From: Mycoplasmatota bacterium | Lineage (GTDB): Bacteria > Bacillota_I > Bacilli_A > Izemoplasmatales > Hujiaoplasmataceae | Assembly (NCBI GenBank): GCA_023132365.1 | Contig: JAGLYJ010000001.1 | Span: forward strand, 1,063 to 65,062 | Reading direction: 5' to 3' | DNA length: 64,000 bases | Shown here: positions 10,932 through 20,831 of the stretch, one piece after another | Layout: the number at the start of each line of letters is the position of its first letter | Numbering within the stretch: the first letter of the stretch is position 1 | Translations under genes and position numbers: made by a program | The notes under the pieces: generated by a model | What the model saw: the letters and a program-made list of their open reading frames with translations, nothing else | Databases searched by the model: none | What the model was told of the DNA's origin: nothing

Positions 10932-12203
10932 TTTTTCTAACATTAAATTTAATATTACTCGATCAGTTTCTTTCATTCCTTCTCTGGCCATCGTTCCAAC
11001 AGCATGAATCGTATCATCCACAGTAGTTTTTAAAATTCCTGAATTAGGATTATAACTGTGGTTATCCATAGCAAGAAAGTGACCTAATATTCCAGCTTCT
11101 AATCCAGTAACAATTTTTGAAGCACAAGATGGTTTAGCACCATCGCAAATAACTCCAGATACGTTGGCTAAGGCATTAACTATAGTCATTTTTATTTGTT
11201 CTACAGTGCCGCCCTCAATATAAGTTAGAGTAGCTCCGCTACTAATTGCTGCACTTATAGCCCCACAAAAAGCAGATAATCGACCAATAAAACTTTTTTG
11301 ATATAAGGTTAGCAGATTGGATAAAACCAATGCTCTATACATTATTTCTTCACTGACACATTTATGTTTTGCATATAATATAACCGGAATAGAGGTGGCT
11401 AAACCTTGGTTTCCACTTCCAGAATTGGTAATAACAGCCATAGCGCATCCACTCATTCTAGCTTCTGAAGCGGCTGCAGTATATGCTTTTATTTCTCCAT
11501 ATATTGAGTGAATGTGCTTTAAAATTGTCTGTCCAATAGAAACTCCAAAATCTCTTTCCAATCCCGTTTTAGCTATAGCCATATTATAGTAAACTTGAGG
11601 TTCCAGCAAAGTTTTTAATTTCTTAAAATCAACAGAATTGGTAAATTGTACAATTCTTTCTACAGTCAGAACACTTCTATCTGTCTCAACACCACAGAAT
11701 TCTTCATTACCACTTTCTTTTTCAAATAGAACTTCATTATTTAATTTTATAGAGACAATATTAGTATGCAAGTCTTTTATTTCAATCTCACAATGTTTTT
11801 CACCTTTTTCACAATATAGAATATAATGCAAGTTCAGAGGTGTTTGTAATAACTTAATTGTGACAATATCTTTTTTTAGTATTTCATGTATTTGCACAAT
11901 GTGTTTTTCATTCAAATTAGAGATTACTTCTAATTCCTTACTTGAATCTCCGCCTACAATTCCAGCTATCAAGCTAGCTTCAACACCAACTAAATTACCA
12001 GTGTTAGGCACAGTTACACATCTTATATTCTTAATGAGGTTTCCACTGCATTCAATTATAACTTTGTCAGGAATTTCACCTAATAATTCTCTTGCTTTAG
12101 CTCCAGCAAAGGCAAGTGATATTGGTTCTGTACATCCTTGTGCTGGAACAAGTTCTTCTTCAAGGATTTTAAAAAATTCTTTTTTGTATTGACATCCACT
12201 CAT
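10917..12203 (-). CDS. L-cysteine desulfidase-like protein (UPF0597, serine dehydratase alpha fold)
   Basis: PAQGCTEP, SGSGNQG, RLSAFCGA and CDGAKPSCA conserved Cys motifs. Confidence 0.88.
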   Translation of the reverse strand: MSGCQYKKEFFKILEEELVPAQGCTEPISLAFAGAKARELLGEIPDKVIIECSGNLIKNIRCVTVPNTGNLVGVEASLIAGIVGGDSSKELEVISNLNEKHIVQIHEILKKDIVTIKLLQTPLNLHYILYCEKGEKHCEIEIKDLHTNIVSIKLNNEVLFEKESGNEEFCGVETDRSVLTVERIVQFTNSVDFKKLKTLLEPQVYYNMAIAKTGLERDFGVSIGQTILKHIHSIYGEIKAYTAAASEARMSGCAMAVITNSGSGNQGLATSIPVILYAKHKCVSEEIMYRALVLSNLLTLYQKSFIGRLSAFCGAISAAISSGATLTYIEGGTVEQIKMTIVNALANVSGVICDGAKPSCASKIVTGLEAGILGHFLAMDNHSYNPNSGILKTTVDDTIHAVGTMAREGMKETDRVILNLMLEKEKVG

Positions 12204-12366
12204 ATTATCACCATTTCACATCAAATTTATAAAGTCTTTATACAATATTAACATAATGAATATAGCAAGTCAATGGAGATAAAATCAAACATAATGATGT
12301 TTATATTTCTATAAAAATATGTTATACTATTTTGTAGATTTAAGAAAAGAGCAAGGTGAAAAAACT

Positions 12367-13993
12367 ATGAATATAAAAGAAAAAATATCTAATTTGATAT
12401 TTCCAAATATTGGTGAATCAATAGCTGATTTGGAAAAAAGATTTCCTAAAAGAAATTTAGTTGAGGGTGCAATTGTTACAAGATTTGCTCCGAGTCCAAC
12501 TGGATTTTTACATACTGGTTCGCTTTTTACTTCCTTGATAAGTCAAAGATTTGCTGTCCAAACTAATGGAGTATTTTTCTTAAGGATTGAAGATACTGAT
12601 CAAAAAAGAGAAATTAAAGGATCAGGAGATAAAGTCCTAGAGCAACTTGAAATATTTGGTGTTACTCCAGATGAATCATATTCTAAAGGCGGAAAATATG
12701 GTCCATATATTCAGTCGAAAAGAAAGAGTATTTATCATACAGTAATTAAAGAAATGTTGATTAAAGGATTAGCATATCCATGTTTTTGTAATCATGATGA
12801 ACTATCAGATATTAGAAAATATCAAGAGGAAAATAAATTATTACCTGGGTATTACAAAGAATTTGCTAAATGTAGAAAGTTAACAGACGAAGAAGTTCTA
12901 TCTAAAATTGAAAGAGGAGACTCTTATGTAATTAGATTTACATGATGCAATTAGAGGTCATATTCAGTTCCCTGAAAACATTCAGGATATTGTTATAATG
13001 AAAACTGACCTACTACCAACATACCATTTCGCTCATTTAGTAGACGATCATTTTATGAGAACTACTCATGTTACAAGAGGAGAAGAGTGGATGTCATCTG
13101 TCCCAATTCATATTGAATTATTCAAAGCATTGGACTTTGAAATTCCAGTGTATTGCCATTTTCCTGTAATAATGAAACTAGATGATGGAAAAAGAAGAAA
13201 ACTATCAAAAAGAAAAGACGATGAAGCGTCAGTTGATTACTTCCTTGAAAGGGGATATCCAATAGAAGGTTTCTTAGAATATTTGATGACTTTGGCCAAT
13301 AGTAATTTTGAAGAATGGCGTATTCAAAATCCATTTAAAAACATCTTTGATTTCAAACTTTCATTTGAGAAAATGAGCTTAGATGGAGCGCTATTTGATA
13401 TTGATAAAATCAAATCAATTTCTAAAGAAAGATTAGCCTATATGGATGCTGAAAAATTCGCTAAAAATGCACTAGAATATGCCAAAAAATATGATGATAA
13501 TTTGAAGGCAATTATTGAATTGAATTATAACTATTTTAAGGATATTATAAGCATAGAAAGAAATACGGAAAAGCCTAGAAAAGACTATGAAAAATATTCA
13601 GACATATTATCGATAATTAACTTTATGTATGATGAATACTATCTTAAAATGCTAGCTTACGGATTGCAATTTAATGAAAGATTTTCAGTTGATGTATTAA
13701 TTGATATTTTAGAAGAATATAGAGAGAATAATGGTTTAGAACTTAGTCAAGAAGAATGGTTTGCAAACATGAAGGAAATGGCTATATCTAGAGGATTTGC
13801 AGCTAGAGGGAAAGATTTCAAAAAGAATCCAGATTTATATATTGGAACTGTCGGGGATTATGCAGGGATTTTAAGACTCGGAACTTGTGGTAAGAAAAAC
13901 ACGCCTAATTTTTATTCTGTCCTAGTAATATTAGGTGTCGATAGAGTTGTTGAAAGAATTAATAAGACTATTGATTATTTGAAAAATAATTAA
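12367..13993 (+). pseudogene. gltX: Glutamate--tRNA ligase, split by a frameshift at ~12940 (possibly an assembly artefact)
   Basis: Part 1 has TRFAPSPTGFLHTGS, LRIEDTDQ and AYPCFC. Part 2 (shifted frame from 12941) has HDAIRGHIQFPEN..PTYHFAHLVDD, VTRGEEW and KLSKR. Confidence 0.9.
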
Positions 13994-14177
13994 ATATTCT
14001 TTAATATAGTTTTTACATAAAAAATTCGACCTTAAAATATGTCGTCTTTTTTTTGCTAAATTTTGCTTTAACTCTTTTAAAATCATTAAACTTATTATAT
14101 AATGTTAACAGCATATAAAATTGTGTAATTCATCGATTAATTTATCGGTGTCTTATTTTTAATATTGGGGGCTACTA

Positions 14178-16364
14178 ATGCAAGTTATAAAACGTAATGG
14201 TGAGAGAGAAAAATTCAATTTAGGCAAGATATCTTATGCAATGTATAAAGCATATATTAGTGTTGGTGAAGAGATAACTGAAGAGGAATGTTTTGCTCAA
14301 GCAAAAGACATTACAAGTGGTTATCGCAAGAGTGAAATTATAAATATTGAGTCTATTCAAGATAGTGTAGAACTTTTCTTGATGGAAACTAAACATTATG
14401 AAGCAGCGAAAGCATATATCAAGTTTCGAGAGAAACAAAGAGTGGATCGTGAGAACCCTTGGAATGATAATGATGAAAGACAAGATTTAATATTACAAAA
14501 GTATTTATTAAATAACGAAACTAAAAAATCTTTCTTAAAAAGAGTTTCTTTTGGAAAACCTTCATTAGAAAAAATCTTTAGACATAAGGAAGGTATCTTC
14601 GGAGGAAGAAATCTTTATGCTATAGGAAGAAGTGGAAATATCACAGGAAGTAATTGTTATGTAACTGAAGATCCAGAAGATAATTTAGAGAGTATATATA
14701 AAGTAGATTATCAGATTGCAAGAACTTATAGTTATGGTGGAGGTCAAGGACTTAACTTATCTAAAATTCGACCAAAAGGAGCTAAAGTAAATAATAGTTC
14801 AAATACAACTCCTGGAGTTATGGTATTTGCGGAGAAATATTCTCACACAACCTTAAACACACAACAAGATCAAAGACGCGGAGCTTTAATGTTAGTTCTA
14901 AATGTTGATCATCCTGATATTATAGAGTTTATAACTACAAAACTTGATTTAAACAAAATTAATGGAGCAAATATTTCTATTGCATTAACAGATAAATTTA
15001 TGCAGGCAGTAGAAAATGATGAAGTATGGACAATGCATTATGAAACTCCATATGAAATTATAAACAAAACATTGAAAGCTAGAAAATTATTAGAATTAAT
15101 TGCATACTCGGCACACACCATGGGTGACCCAGGTATTATGTTTATTGACAACATGAATGACTATCATTTACTTAGTGAATATGAAGATGTTAAATATACA
15201 GCCACTAATCCTTGTGGTGAACAGCCACTAGCACCACATGGCTCATGTAATCTAGGATCAATTAATGTAAAAGCATTTATTAAGCAACCATTTACAGAAG
15301 AAGCATATTTTGATTTTGAAAGATTTGATTATGTTGTTGGAGAAATGATCATTGCTTTAGATGATTTATTAACCATGCTTGGAAATAGACATGCTTTAGT
15401 TGAACAAAGAGAACACGTGAAAAAATATCGTGAAGTTGGTTTGGGGATTATGGGCTTAGCTGATTTAGCTTTAGCGATGAAAAAACCTTATGGATCTAAA
15501 GAATTTGTAGATTTTCTAGACATTATGATGAATCACATGATAAATGCATCTGCTAAGGCAAGTGCTTTGAATGCAAAAGAAAAAGGAGCTTTTCCTTTGT
15601 TCGATTATAATAAGATATCAAGTTCTAGCTTTTATAAAGAAACAATTTCACCTGAAGTTGATGAACTAATTAAGAAATATGGGTTGAGAAATTCTAGATT
15701 ATTAAGTGTTGCACCAACTGGATCAATAAGTAACATACTAGGTGTTAGTGGAGGAGTTGAACCATTCTTCCAAATTAAATATACGAGAAGAATTATTTCA
15801 ATGTTTGAAGAAGAGAAAAAAATCACCGTTTGGGAAAAAACACCACTTGAAATGGCTAGAACATTAGATATTCAGCCTGAAAACTTACCTGAATGGACAA
15901 AAATAACTTCTCAAAATTTAGAATTTATGGGTCGCGCTGATGTTCAAGCAATAATCCAAAAATATGTTGATACTGCAATCAGCTCTACATTCAATATTCC
16001 AAATAGTGCAACCGTTGAGGAAGTAATGGACATATATTTGACTGCTTGGAAAAAAGGACTTAAAGGGGCTACAGTATTTAGAGATAGATGTGCTAAAATT
16101 GGTATTTTAGCAGGGATTAACGAAAAAACTGAAGATTTAAATCCTGGTGAACCTCCAAAGATGTATATAGAAGAAAAGTGGTTTAATAAAAAAGAAGAAA
16201 CAACTAGAGAAATCATTACTAATGTTGTTATCGAAGACCAAAAATATTCGCCAGATGAAATGGATAGAGAATTATGTCCAATGTGCAGTTCAGTCTTAGT
16301 TAAAAGACAAGGATGCATTCAATGTAGTAATGATCTTTGTGATTATGAAAAATGTGCAGTTTAA
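14178..16364 (+). CDS. nrdJ: Ribonucleotide reductase, probably class II (adenosylcobalamin-dependent), with N-terminal ATP cone
   Basis: VIKRNG ATP cone, SNCYV, GGGQG, TNPCGEQPL, APTGSIS, C-terminal Cys-rich tail; no adjacent beta-subunit gene and no C-terminal YY pair. Confidence 0.85.
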   Translation: MQVIKRNGEREKFNLGKISYAMYKAYISVGEEITEEECFAQAKDITSGYRKSEIINIESIQDSVELFLMETKHYEAAKAYIKFREKQRVDRENPWNDNDERQDLILQKYLLNNETKKSFLKRVSFGKPSLEKIFRHKEGIFGGRNLYAIGRSGNITGSNCYVTEDPEDNLESIYKVDYQIARTYSYGGGQGLNLSKIRPKGAKVNNSSNTTPGVMVFAEKYSHTTLNTQQDQRRGALMLVLNVDHPDIIEFITTKLDLNKINGANISIALTDKFMQAVENDEVWTMHYETPYEIINKTLKARKLLELIAYSAHTMGDPGIMFIDNMNDYHLLSEYEDVKYTATNPCGEQPLAPHGSCNLGSINVKAFIKQPFTEEAYFDFERFDYVVGEMIIALDDLLTMLGNRHALVEQREHVKKYREVGLGIMGLADLALAMKKPYGSKEFVDFLDIMMNHMINASAKASALNAKEKGAFPLFDYNKISSSSFYKETISPEVDELIKKYGLRNSRLLSVAPTGSISNILGVSGGVEPFFQIKYTRRIISMFEEEKKITVWEKTPLEMARTLDIQPENLPEWTKITSQNLEFMGRADVQAIIQKYVDTAISSTFNIPNSATVEEVMDIYLTAWKKGLKGATVFRDRCAKIGILAGINEKTEDLNPGEPPKMYIEEKWFNKKEETTREIITNVVIEDQKYSPDEMDRELCPMCSSVLVKRQGCIQCSNDLCDYEKCAV

Positions 16365-16451
16365 AAGAGATATTTTATCTCTTTTTTCTTTGCAAAAAAA
16401 GTTTACACAAAACGCTATTATGTTATAATTATTATATTCGAGGTGTTAATT

Positions 16452-17207
16452 ATGAAATATTCAATTGATGAACAAAAAATTATAATTAAGGCAAACAGAG
16501 AGACTTTGAGACCAAATTGGGAAGATCTAGACTATAGCGAAACAGATAAAGGAAGAAAATTACCAAAACCTACTGTATGTAAATCATATAAAAATGCAAA
16601 AGTATTTGAATTGATTAAGGATGTTCCTAGTTTAAGCGGTAAGAAAATAGATGAAATTATTTTAGCTAGAAGAAGCGTTAGGCAATATGAAGAACATCCA
16701 ATGTCTTTAGTAGAGTTATCATATCTGTGTAAACTCACATCAGAGATTGTTAAAATGGGACCCGGTTATGCTATGGGAGTGATACCAACTGGTGGAGCAA
16801 CCAACTCACTTGAAACATATCTGTATCTAAATAAAGTGGATGGTTTCAAAAAAGGCATATATCACTACATGAAAGACACAGGAAACTTACAGTTAATCAG
16901 AGAAGACATCACTGATGAATTAGTTAATGATTCTATGAAAAATCAATTGAGAAACTGTGCGGTAGTATTTTTTTGGACTACAACTCCTTATAGAGCAGAA
17001 TATAAATATTCATTCACTTCACATAAAATGATAGCAATTGAAGCTGGGCATGCGTGTCAAAACCTATATTTAGCGGCTGAAGCAATTGATTATGGTGTAG
17101 TAGGAATTGCTGCATATAATCAAAAGTTAGTCGATGAACTATTACAAGTTGGAAAAGATGAATTTGTAGTATATTTAGCAGCAGTTGGAAAAAAAATAAA
17201 GCAATAA
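16452..17207 (+). CDS. SagB/ThcOx-like nitroreductase-family protein
   Basis: RRSVRQY, PTGGATNSLETY, EAGHACQNLYLAAEA. Confidence 0.85.
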   Translation: MKYSIDEQKIIIKANRETLRPNWEDLDYSETDKGRKLPKPTVCKSYKNAKVFELIKDVPSLSGKKIDEIILARRSVRQYEEHPMSLVELSYLCKLTSEIVKMGPGYAMGVIPTGGATNSLETYLYLNKVDGFKKGIYHYMKDTGNLQLIREDITDELVNDSMKNQLRNCAVVFFWTTTPYRAEYKYSFTSHKMIAIEAGHACQNLYLAAEAIDYGVVGIAAYNQKLVDELLQVGKDEFVVYLAAVGKKIKQ

Positions 17208-17223
17208 TTATTTAGGAGCAATT

Positions 17224-18243
17224 ATGGACACATTACTTTACTCTTTAAATGCAGTACTTCCTATACTTATCTTGATTGGAATAGGGTATTTGTTGAAGAA
17301 ATTTAAATTTTTTGATGAAAACTTCTTGCAGATTGGCAATAAGTTTGTATTTAGAATAGCATTACCAGCATTATTGTTTTATACAATTTATAATATTGAT
17401 AATTTTAATGATATTAAATGGCCGGTAATTGTTTATTCAGTTATTGGTGTTTCTTTGTTGTTTATAATGGGATTAATAATCGCAATTACAACAACAAAAA
17501 AAGAGAATCAAAGAGGAGTTATATGGCAAGTAGTATTTAGAGCGAATTACGCTATTATAGGTATTCCATTAGCTGAAGCTTTAGGTGGAACTGAAGCTGT
17601 ATCAGTTGTGGCATTAGTTTCTGCCTTCATTGTTCCTTTAATAAATATTTTTGCAGTTATTGCCTTAACAACATTTGTAAAAGACGAAGATGACAATATG
17701 CATCCATTTAAACAAACTGTGGTTAGGATTCTTAAAAACCCTTTAATAATATCTATCTTCTTAGGTATAATAGTTCTTTGGATTAGATCGTTTATTCCAG
17801 TTGATCCATTAACACTAAAACCAGTATTCTCAATTAAGAATAATATAGAGTTCCTATATTTAGTAATTAAATGGATTGGGCAAATTGCTTCTCCGCTTGC
17901 ATTAATAATATTGGGAGGAACCTTTGAGTTCTTTGCTATTCGAGATATGGCAAAACAAGTTGTGATTGGTACTTTTTCAAGAATAATAATTGCACCATTA
18001 ATGACATTACCACTTGCTATAATTTTATCAAATAACACAGCGTTTTTTAATTTTACTAGCACTGAGTATCCTGCGTTAATTGCATTGTTCGCTTCTCCTG
18101 TAGCGGTAGTTAGTGCTATTATGGCAAGAGAAATGAAGAACGATGAGAAACTTGCAGTTCAGTTAGTTGTATGGACTACAACAGTTTCAATTATTTCTAT
18201 ATTTATAATTGTATTTATCTTCAGAAGCCTTGGTTTATTGTAA
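17224..18243 (+). CDS. AEC (auxin efflux carrier) family transporter
   Basis: FRIALPALLF, RANYAIIGIP, KNPLII, ASPLALIILG, ASPVAV; multi-TM protein. Confidence 0.88.
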   Translation: MDTLLYSLNAVLPILILIGIGYLLKKFKFFDENFLQIGNKFVFRIALPALLFYTIYNIDNFNDIKWPVIVYSVIGVSLLFIMGLIIAITTTKKENQRGVIWQVVFRANYAIIGIPLAEALGGTEAVSVVALVSAFIVPLINIFAVIALTTFVKDEDDNMHPFKQTVVRILKNPLIISIFLGIIVLWIRSFIPVDPLTLKPVFSIKNNIEFLYLVIKWIGQIASPLALIILGGTFEFFAIRDMAKQVVIGTFSRIIIAPLMTLPLAIILSNNTAFFNFTSTEYPALIALFASPVAVVSAIMAREMKNDEKLAVQLVVWTTTVSIISIFIIVFIFRSLGLL

Positions 18244-18327
18244 AGGCAACTCTTGGTTGACAATTTTTCAACTTGAATGTATTGCTTTTATTGATATATT
18301 AAGTATAATTCTTCGTGAGGTGATAAA

Positions 18328-18840
18328 ATGTTCCATGAAAAGCTTAGAGATTTAAGAAAACAAAAAAATATGTCTCAAGAAGATTTAGCAAATCAACTAG
18401 ATATCAGTAGACAATCGGTATCTAAATGGGAATCTGGATTATCTATGCCAGATTTAGAGAATGCAATAAAACTTTCAGAGTTGTTCAATGTTACTTTAGA
18501 TTATCTACTAAAAGATAGAAAATCAGATTCAGAATTTAATTATTATACAGTTGACACTAAAGAAAAGAAGGCAATGAGTAAGATTAATATATTATCAATG
18601 ATTACACTAACATTGACAGTAGCTGCAATACTGACATTAGTAATACTATCAATCGTTGAACCACACACGTTTTATAATGGAACAACCGGAAGAACCTATA
18701 ATGGATTCTTAGGTTATTATTACTCATATATAGAATTTAAATTAGTTGTAATAGCTAGTTTTATAGCCTTAATCTCATCAATTTCAATCTTAATCATTCC
18801 AGATAAAACTATTATTAAATTTTTCAGTAAAAAAATCTAA
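18328..18840 (+). CDS. XRE-family HTH protein with C-terminal membrane segments
   Basis: LRKQKNMSQEDLANQLDISRQSVSKWESG followed by two hydrophobic helices. Confidence 0.85.
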   Translation: MFHEKLRDLRKQKNMSQEDLANQLDISRQSVSKWESGLSMPDLENAIKLSELFNVTLDYLLKDRKSDSEFNYYTVDTKEKKAMSKINILSMITLTLTVAAILTLVILSIVEPHTFYNGTTGRTYNGFLGYYYSYIEFKLVVIASFIALISSISILIIPDKTIIKFFSKKI

Positions 18841-18858
18841 AGAATTAATCAAAAAAAG

Positions 18859-18887
18859 TTGCTTTTTAGCAGCAAATTTGATAATAT
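18859..18887 (+). promoter_or_regulatory. Sigma-70-type promoter of the tRNA cluster
   Basis: TTGCTT-17nt-TAATAT with a TG extension. Confidence 0.55.
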
Positions 18888-18966
18888 ATATATCGGCCTT
18901 TTAAAACGGATATGTAGATACCTGATGAAGATTGTCCAAAGTGTAATCCGATTTTAGGACGATTAT

Positions 18967-19043
18967 GCGCTTATAGCTCAATTGGATAGAGCATTTGATT
19001 ACGGATCAAAAGGTTTCGGGTTCGACTCCTGATGGGCGCGCCA
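18967..19043 (+). tRNA. tRNA-Arg (ACG)
   Basis: Acceptor GCGCTTA/TGGGCGC, anticodon arm TTTGA-TTACGGA-TCAAA, GGTTCGACTCC T-arm, encoded CCA. Confidence 0.96.
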
Positions 19044-19049
19044 TATATA

Positions 19050-19126
19050 CGGGAAGTAGCTTAGCTTGGTAGAGCGCCTGGTTTGGGACCAGGAGGTCGC
19101 AGGTTCAAATCCTGTCTTCCCGACCA
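19050..19126 (+). tRNA. tRNA-Pro (TGG)
   Basis: Acceptor CGGGAAG/CTTCCCG, anticodon arm CCTGG-TTTGGGA-CCAGG, GGTTCAAATCC, CCA. Confidence 0.97.
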
Positions 19127-19170
19127 TTAATCATCAAGGAGTAAGGAAACTTACTCTTTAACTATTTAAT

Positions 19171-19244
19171 GGACCCTTAGCCAAGTGGTAAGGCACGGGA
19201 CTGCAACTCCCTCACCGCCGGTTCAAATCCGGCAGGGTCCTCCA
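19171..19244 (+). tRNA. tRNA-Cys (GCA)
   Basis: Acceptor GGACCCT/AGGGTCC, anticodon loop CTGCAAC, U73 discriminator followed by CCA. Confidence 0.96.
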
Positions 19245-19253
19245 AATGTGTTC

Positions 19254-19280
19254 AGCACCTGAAAACAGGTGTTTTTTTTT
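19254..19280 (+). terminator. Intrinsic terminator after the tRNA cluster
   Basis: GCACCTG-aaaa-CAGGTGT followed by a long T run. Confidence 0.85.
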
Positions 19281-19372
19281 GACTTTTAGAGAGCAATCAA
19301 TTAGGAATCTTTGCATGCATAAAATATTGAATGATATAATGTCAACAAGTAGATGGCTTAAACATTTTTTTA

Positions 19373-20020
19373 GTGCCATGGTATAATAAATTAATATTTA
19401 TAAATAATTTAAAATGTCAAGAGATGATATATGTGGTTAAAGTTAATATTGAAGACATAAAAAAAGCATCATTAATTTTTGCAAATGCAATGTTTAAAGA
19501 TCCACTACACGCCTATTTCTTTCCAAACGAAGATTCCAGGCATATAAAACTAACAAGATTATATAAATTTAAACTGAAAATGGACTTTAATGGTTTGTAT
19601 GCTACTTCCGATTTATTAGAAGGTTTTGTAATATGGAAGGACTCAGAAGATAATCCATTTAGAGTTAATATTTTTGATTTGTTTAGAGGTATTTTTATGA
19701 TAGTATCAATCGGAATTAACCCGGTAATAAAGATGATAAAATATCAAAAATGGATTACTCGTCTACATAAACTTTATTTAAAAGAAAGATTTTGCTGTTT
19801 AGATATCTTAGTTATAGATCCCTCATTTCAAGGTAGAGGGTTTTCTAGCGCATTGATTAAACCTAAATTATTAAATCTTTCATTAAACAATAAGATTGCA
19901 TTCTTAGAAACGCAAAATAAACACAATGTTAAAGTTTACGAACATTTCGGATTTAAACTGATTTATCAAGAAAGGTTATCAAACACCGAAATAATAAGTT
20001 ATGGAATGATTAAGATTTAA
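19373..20020 (+). CDS. GNAT-family N-acetyltransferase (true start probably ~19433)
   Basis: IDPSFQGRGFSSALI, FLETQNKHNVKVYEHFGF. Confidence 0.85.
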   Translation: MPWYNKLIFINNLKCQEMIYVVKVNIEDIKKASLIFANAMFKDPLHAYFFPNEDSRHIKLTRLYKFKLKMDFNGLYATSDLLEGFVIWKDSEDNPFRVNIFDLFRGIFMIVSIGINPVIKMIKYQKWITRLHKLYLKERFCCLDILVIDPSFQGRGFSSALIKPKLLNLSLNNKIAFLETQNKHNVKVYEHFGFKLIYQERLSNTEIISYGMIKI

Positions 20021-20142
20021 TTTGTTTCTTATATTTATTTACTGAGTATGTTTAAAATATATAGACACTAAATATATGGAAAAAGACACTAAATTATGAT
20101 ATAATTAAGCTACGCAAATTTAAAGAAGGATGGAAATGAATT

Positions 20143-20748
20143 ATGAAAATAGAAAAAAGAACAGAATCATTGAGCATAATTAGAAAAGATAAAAAAGTAC
20201 CAGGAGTTATATATGGGAAAGCATTTGTTTCTGAATCAATACAAGCAGATGAATCAGAGTTAACTAATTGGTATAGAGAGCATGGATTAACTAAGACATT
20301 TAAAGTGAAATTAGGATCTAAAACTCATTTAGTTTATATCAAACAAATTCAAAAACATGTTATAAATTCAAAACACTTTCTGAATTTTGCTTTGTTGAAA
20401 GTAGGCAAGGGAGATACAATTAAAGCATCTGTTAATATTAATATAATTGGAAAAGAAAACATTGAAGAAAACAAATTTGAACTACACAACTTAGCAAACA
20501 CTTTAGATATAGAATATATTGTAGGTAGTGGAGTTTCTCATATCGACGTTGATATTTCGAATATGAAGATTGGCGATGTAATATATGCCAAAGATATAGT
20601 ACTTGCTGAAAGTATAGAACTTCTAGATGACCCAGACAAGATAATAGTCGGTGTTCGTGAAATTGTACTTAGACCTGATGAAGACGAAGAACCAAAAGAA
20701 GAAGAAATGACAGAACCAGAATTAGTAACTAAGAAGGAAGAAGAATAA
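20143..20748 (+). CDS. rplY: 50S ribosomal protein L25/Ctc
   Basis: VPGVIYG, long Ctc-type C-domain (IDVDISNMKIGD-like), acidic tail ending EPELVTKKEEE. Confidence 0.85.
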   Translation: MKIEKRTESLSIIRKDKKVPGVIYGKAFVSESIQADESELTNWYREHGLTKTFKVKLGSKTHLVYIKQIQKHVINSKHFLNFALLKVGKGDTIKASVNINIIGKENIEENKFELHNLANTLDIEYIVGSGVSHIDVDISNMKIGDVIYAKDIVLAESIELLDDPDKIIVGVREIVLRPDEDEEPKEEEMTEPELVTKKEEE

Positions 20749-20831
20749 TAGATACGAAATAATCTGTTAATTTAATAAAAAAAAGCAAGTTTTAAACTTA
20801 AACTTGCTTTTCTTTTGGAATTTTTTCTAAT

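Noticed and set aside
12204-12366. T-box leader upstream of gltX
   Set aside because: The leader is short and lacks the GGTGGNACC T-box motif and a terminator.
12943-12945. TGA in gltX as evidence for genetic code 4 (TGA=Trp)
   Set aside because: Read-through hits TAG almost immediately. TGA ends accA, fabK, padR and ytxK normally, and Trp is encoded by TGG throughout.
14100-14175. NrdR boxes or cobalamin riboswitch upstream of the RNR gene
   Set aside because: Only one weak AT-rich match (GCATATAAAATTGTGT), and the leader is too short for a B12 element.
16452-17207. RiPP (thiazole/oxazole) biosynthetic cluster from the SagB-like gene
   Set aside because: No YcaO, E1-like protein or precursor peptide nearby; stand-alone SagB-like nitroreductases are common.
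18920-18950. CTGATGA as a hammerhead ribozyme core
   Set aside because: There is no downstream GAAA and no stems II/III with the required geometry.
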